DNA from: Candidatus Omnitrophota bacterium
GTDB taxonomy: Bacteria > Omnitrophota > Gorgyraeia > 2-01-FULL-45-10
Direction: 5' to 3'
NCBI GenBank assembly: GCA_041650935.1
Contig: JBAZKH010000001.1
Span: 411,337-475,336, forward strand
DNA length: 64,000 nt
Part shown: positions 60,053 through 64,000 of the stretch, piece by piece
Layout: every line of letters starts with the position of its first letter
Position numbering within the stretch: the first letter of the stretch is position 1
The notes under the pieces: generated by a model
Database searches by the model: none
Told to the model about the DNA's origin: nothing
The model's input: only the letters and a program-made list of their open reading frames with translations
Made by a program: the position numbers and the translations under genes

Positions 60053-62806
60053 ATGAGTAGTAAGGCGAAAAAATATGTTTACTTCTTCGGAGGTGGCAAG
60101 TCAGACGGAAACGAATCTATGAAGAATCTCCTGGGCGGTAAGGGAGCCAATCTTTGCGAGATGGCGGGCCATCCGAAATTAAAACTACCCGTGCCTCCGG
60201 GATTTACGATAACCACAGAGGTTTGCACTTATTATTACAAAAATGGAAAAAAATATCCGCGCGAGTTAAAGGACCAGGTGGACACCGCGATGGTAAAGGT
60301 TGAGAGGCTCATGGGGAAGAAATTCGGCGATCCCTCGAACCCGCTCTTAGTCTCTGTGCGCTCCGGCGCGCGCAAGTCGATGCCGGGTATGATGGAGACG
60401 GTCTTGAACGTCGGCCTGACCGAGAAGACCATAGCCGGGCTTATAAAACACACCGGTAACGAGCGTTTTGCCTATGATGCCTATCGCAGGCTCATCATGA
60501 TGTACTCCGACGTTGTCATGGAGAAGGCCGCCGGCATCGAGCCGAAGGGCGGGAAAGGTATCCGCAAGATCCTCGATGAGAAACTCGACCAGGTCAAACA
60601 TTCGAAAGGCTACAAATCCGACACAGACCTTACGGCGGCCGATCTTAAAACTCTTGTAACCGACTTTAAGAAAACCGTAAAAGATGTGCTCGGCAAACCA
60701 TTTCCGGACAATGCGGAAGAGCAGTTGTGGGGCGGTGTCGGCGCAGTGTTTTCCAGTTGGAACGGCAAGCGCGCGGTAGAATACCGCAGGATCGAGAAGA
60801 TCCCGGACGAATGGGGAACAGCCGTTACCGTCCAGACGATGGTCTTCGGCAATATGGGCGACGATTGCGCGACGGGTGTCGCGTTCAGCCGTAACCCGGG
60901 CAACGGTGAAAACCAGTTTTACGGCGAGTATTTAGTGAACGCGCAGGGAGAGGACGTAGTTGCCGGTATCAGGACGCCCGGCCCTATTAACGATTATTCG
61001 AAGAACGACCAGAGCAAACAGCTTCCGACTCTTTCGAAGATCATGCCGAAGATATATAAAGAGCTCGACAGCATCCGTACGCGTCTCGAGGGCCACTACA
61101 GGGATATGCAGGATATCGAGTTCACGATCGAGAAGGGTAAGTTATTCATGCTGCAGTGCCGCGTCGGGAAACGCAACGGTGTCTCCGCGGTACGTATGGC
61201 AGTCGATATGTATAAGGATAAGTTCATCGATGCCGAAACGGCCATTATGCGCGTCGCGCCGAACCAGCTCGTCGAGCTTCTGCTTCCTATGCTCGATCCT
61301 AAAGCAGAGCTTGCAACGCCTCCGATAGCTAAAGGGCTGCCGGCAGGTCCGGGCGGTGCTATCGGCCGGGTTGTCTTTACATCAGAGGATGCGGTTGGCT
61401 GGGCCTCCAGAGGCGAAAAGGTGATTCTTGTCCGCGAGGAGACTTCGCCCGAGGACGTTGATGGTATGCACAAAGCTCAGGCTATTTTAACAAGTAAGGG
61501 CGGCATGACCTCGCACGCCGCGCTCGTTGCGCGCGGGTGGGGAAAATGCTGCATCGTAGGCTGCACCGATTTTGAGATAGCGGATGACGATAAATCGTTC
61601 AAGACCAAGAAGGGCGTCGTTATTAAGGAAGGCGATTGGGTAAGCCTGAACGGAACAAAAGGGCTTGTATATAACGGCAAACTTCCGCTCGTCGACGTCG
61701 ATCTCGATCACAACAAGGCTTATACAGAGCTCATGAAACTGGTCGATAAAACGCGCGTCCTGAAAGTCCGGACAAACGCGGATACTCCGAAAGATGCGGC
61801 CCAGGCTATGAAGTTCGGGGCCGAAGGCATAGGGCTCTTCCGCACAGAACACATGTTCTACGGCGAAGGTAGCGATAAGCCGTTATTCATCTTGCGGAAG
61901 ATAATAATGTCGAAGAACCTGGAGGAGAGGCGTAAGGCGCTCGATGAATTGTTCCCGTTCGTTAAGAGCGATGTTAAAGCGACTGTAGAGGCGATGAAGG
62001 GGTACCCTGTTACCATAAGGCTTCTCGACCCGCCGCTCCATGAGTTCGTTCCGCAGAGCGAAGATAAATTAGAGGCGCTTGCAAAAGATCTGGGCGTCGA
62101 TATGTCCGAACTCAACAAGCGTGCAAATGGCTTGCACGAGAATAATCCGATGCTTGGCCACAGGGGCGTGCGTCTCGGAATTACGTATCCGGAAATAACG
62201 GAGATGCAGGTGCGCGCCATTCTCGAGGCCGCGGCAGAGCTTATTAAGGAAGGTAAGAAGGCTGTCCCGGAGATAATGATCCCGGTTACGTGCACAAAAG
62301 CTGAACTGGATAACCAGAAGGCCATCGTTGAAAGAGTGGATAAGGAAGTCTGTGCAAAATTTGGCCTGAAGAAACTGTCGTACATGTACGGCACGATGAT
62401 AGAAATACCGCGCGCCGCACTGCAAGCCGGCAAGATGGCCGAGACGGCCGAATTCTTCTCTTTCGGGACGAACGACCTTACACAGATGACGTTCGGATTC
62501 AGCCGCGACGATATCGGCTCGTTCCTGCCGGATTACATTAATGCCAAGATATTGCCGGCCGATCCGTTCCAGACGATCGACCAGGACGGCGTGGGTGAGC
62601 TTATGAGGCTAGGCATCGACCGCGGCCGTGCCGCGCGCAAGGACCTGAAGGTCGGTATATGCGGCGAACATGGCGGTGATCCCGATAGCGTAAAATTCTG
62701 CCATCGCGCCGGGATGAATTATGTGAGCTGTTCACCGTTCCGCGTTCCGATAGCGCGTCTTGCAGCAGCGCAAGCCGCGTTGGAAAGTAAAACTAAAAAG
62801 CAGTGA
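60053..62806 (+). CDS. ppdK: Pyruvate, phosphate dikinase
   Basis: KYVYFFGGGKSDGNESMKNLLGGKGANLCEM N-terminus, phospho-His domain (GGMTSHAALVARGWG), and PEP-utilising TIM barrel; RBS AAAGGAG. Confidence 0.95.
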   Translation: MSSKAKKYVYFFGGGKSDGNESMKNLLGGKGANLCEMAGHPKLKLPVPPGFTITTEVCTYYYKNGKKYPRELKDQVDTAMVKVERLMGKKFGDPSNPLLVSVRSGARKSMPGMMETVLNVGLTEKTIAGLIKHTGNERFAYDAYRRLIMMYSDVVMEKAAGIEPKGGKGIRKILDEKLDQVKHSKGYKSDTDLTAADLKTLVTDFKKTVKDVLGKPFPDNAEEQLWGGVGAVFSSWNGKRAVEYRRIEKIPDEWGTAVTVQTMVFGNMGDDCATGVAFSRNPGNGENQFYGEYLVNAQGEDVVAGIRTPGPINDYSKNDQSKQLPTLSKIMPKIYKELDSIRTRLEGHYRDMQDIEFTIEKGKLFMLQCRVGKRNGVSAVRMAVDMYKDKFIDAETAIMRVAPNQLVELLLPMLDPKAELATPPIAKGLPAGPGGAIGRVVFTSEDAVGWASRGEKVILVREETSPEDVDGMHKAQAILTSKGGMTSHAALVARGWGKCCIVGCTDFEIADDDKSFKTKKGVVIKEGDWVSLNGTKGLVYNGKLPLVDVDLDHNKAYTELMKLVDKTRVLKVRTNADTPKDAAQAMKFGAEGIGLFRTEHMFYGEGSDKPLFILRKIIMSKNLEERRKALDELFPFVKSDVKATVEAMKGYPVTIRLLDPPLHEFVPQSEDKLEALAKDLGVDMSELNKRANGLHENNPMLGHRGVRLGITYPEITEMQVRAILEAAAELIKEGKKAVPEIMIPVTCTKAELDNQKAIVERVDKEVCAKFGLKKLSYMYGTMIEIPRAALQAGKMAETAEFFSFGTNDLTQMTFGFSRDDIGSFLPDYINAKILPADPFQTIDQDGVGELMRLGIDRGRAARKDLKVGICGEHGGDPDSVKFCHRAGMNYVSCSPFRVPIARLAAAQAALESKTKKQ

Positions 62807-62887
62807 ATAGTGGAGAGCGAATAGGTGAGTAAAATGGCTTGCCTGATATTTGATTATCAACCTATTCACTATACACTATCCACTAAA
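62802..62887. repeat. Family-4 motif pair in inverted orientation (AGTGAATAGTGGAGAGCGAATAGGTGAGTAAAATGG ... CCTATTCACTATACACTATCCACTA)
   Basis: The left copy overlaps the ppdK stop. The right copy is the reverse complement of the TAGTGGATAGTGTATAGTGAATAGG block seen at 15625-15652. Confidence 0.6.
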
Positions 62888-62904
62888 GTCAGGATGGCTG
62901 AATT

Positions 62905-63732
62905 ATGGACGCAATCAGACTCTATCTTAAAGACATAAAGAAGCTTCCGCTTCTCACGCCCGAGGAAGAGATATCTTTGGCGAATAAAATTAAGCGCGGC
63001 GATAAACAGGCGCGGGCCAAAATGATCCAGTCCAATCTCAGACTGGTCATCAATATTGCCAAGAAGTATTCCCATCTGGGTGTTTCGATGATGGATCTAA
63101 TCGAAGAGGGCAATATGGGCCTTATGAAGGCCGTCGAGAAATTTAATCCCAAGAAGGGATATAGATTTTCCACATACGCGGCCTGGTGGATACGCCAGTA
63201 CATTTCCAGGGCAATTGCCAATCAGGGCAAGACGGTGCGGATGCCGGTCTACATAATCGAGCTTCTCATGCGTTTCAAGAAGGTGCAGGAACATCTTACC
63301 AATTCGCTGAAACGGAAACCCCGGCTTAATGAGATTGCCAAGAGGATGGGCCTGCCCATGAAGAGGGCAAAACAGCTCCATAAGATGGTTTCTGGCACAT
63401 CGAGCCTGAATGCACCGGTGGGGGATGAGGGCTCTACGGAGTTCCTCGATCTCATCGAGGATGAGAATATGACTTCTGCCGTCGACGAACTGTCGAACTT
63501 TTTGACGCAGGAGAGGATCAACCTTCTGCTCGAGAAGATGTCTAAGCGGGAGCAGAAGATATTGAGCTTGCGTTTTGGTTTAAAGGATGGCGTGTCTCAC
63601 ACGCTGAGAGATACGGCAAAGCATTTCGGCATTACCAGGGAGCGTGTCCGGCAGATAGAGTCGGCCGCCATGCGGAAGATGCGCGAGATGATGCTGCTGC
63701 AGGAGAAAGAGACCGGACTGAAACGTAAATAG
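62905..63732 (+). CDS. RNA polymerase sigma factor, sigma-70 family (RpoD/RpoS-like regions 2-4; compact, no region 1.1)
   Basis: Region 2.4 ([26 protein letters not shown]) and region 4.2 HTH ([28 protein letters not shown]); 275 aa. Confidence 0.8.
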   Translation: MDAIRLYLKDIKKLPLLTPEEEISLANKIKRGDKQARAKMIQSNLRLVINIAKKYSHLGVSMMDLIEEGNMGLMKAVEKFNPKKGYRFSTYAAWWIRQYISRAIANQGKTVRMPVYIIELLMRFKKVQEHLTNSLKRKPRLNEIAKRMGLPMKRAKQLHKMVSGTSSLNAPVGDEGSTEFLDLIEDENMTSAVDELSNFLTQERINLLLEKMSKREQKILSLRFGLKDGVSHTLRDTAKHFGITRERVRQIESAAMRKMREMMLLQEKETGLKRK

Positions 63733-63742
63733 GGGGCTAATT

Positions 63743-64000
63743 ATGAATGAATTAAAATCAGCCATCAGGGATATTCCGGGTTTTCCGAAAGAAGGTATCA
63801 TATTTAAAGATATCACCACTCTCCTGGGCGACAAAGATAAATTCAAAAAGGCCGTAGACTTATTCGCCGAAAAATTCAAAGGAAAGAAGATCGATGTTAT
63901 CTTAAGTATCGAAGCGAGGGGTTTTATCTTCGGAGGGGCCCTTGCCTACAAGCTTGGCACTGCCGTTGTTCCCGTCAGGAAGAAGGGGAAATTGCCGTTC
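63743..64000 (+). CDS. apt: Adenine phosphoribosyltransferase (3'-truncated by window end)
   Basis: [24 protein letters not shown]-terminus; the PRPP-binding motif lies beyond the window. Confidence 0.8.
   Translation, partial: MNELKSAIRDIPGFPKEGIIFKDITTLLGDKDKFKKAVDLFAEKFKGKKIDVILSIEARGFIFGGALAYKLGTAVVPVRKKGKLPF

Overview
This 64 kb window (about 50% GC) appears to be a bacterial chromosomal core region. Of roughly 60 genes, all but one lie on the + strand and are tightly packed, mostly housekeeping.

Recognisable genes, in order:
- FkbM-type methyltransferase; a divergent XRE/cupin regulator paired with a PilZ protein.
- A MarR - outer-membrane factor - RND efflux operon.
- A BNR (Asp-box) repeat protein.
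- polA, then glgA-coaE-rho-rpmE-prfA-prmC-murA.
- rpsP-trmD-rplS-rnhB, then gpsA.
- An ECF sigma / FecR-TPR anti-sigma module with two secreted or membrane hypotheticals.
- tRNA-Pro(GGG).
- A threonine cluster: hom - thrC - ApgM-like phosphomutase - lysC, followed by citramalate synthase (cimA).
- A response regulator plus a retropepsin-like protease.
- valS, nadC, uvrB, birA, coaX.
- CIRCE-controlled groES-groEL.
- An ACT-pair protein plus an IMPDH-family protein lacking CBS domains.
- dnaE, HU, hisS, aspS, ybeY, a dgkA-PAP2 fusion, recO, glyQS, ppdK, a compact RpoD-like sigma factor, and apt (3'-truncated by the window edge).

No CRISPR array, transposase, integrase or recognisable defence genes were seen.

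The most unusual content is non-coding. At least four families of short interspersed palindromic or structured repeats sit precisely at gene boundaries:
- One family has a 166-bp tandem duplication at the lysC/cimA junction that creates a chimeric mini-ORF, and a probable in-frame derivative inside valS.
- One family shows compensatory base changes that preserve two hairpins.
- One is an all-frame stop-codon motif overlapping the stop codons of rho, birA and ppdK.

All coordinates and calls come from reading the sequence and translations by eye; no database searches were run.
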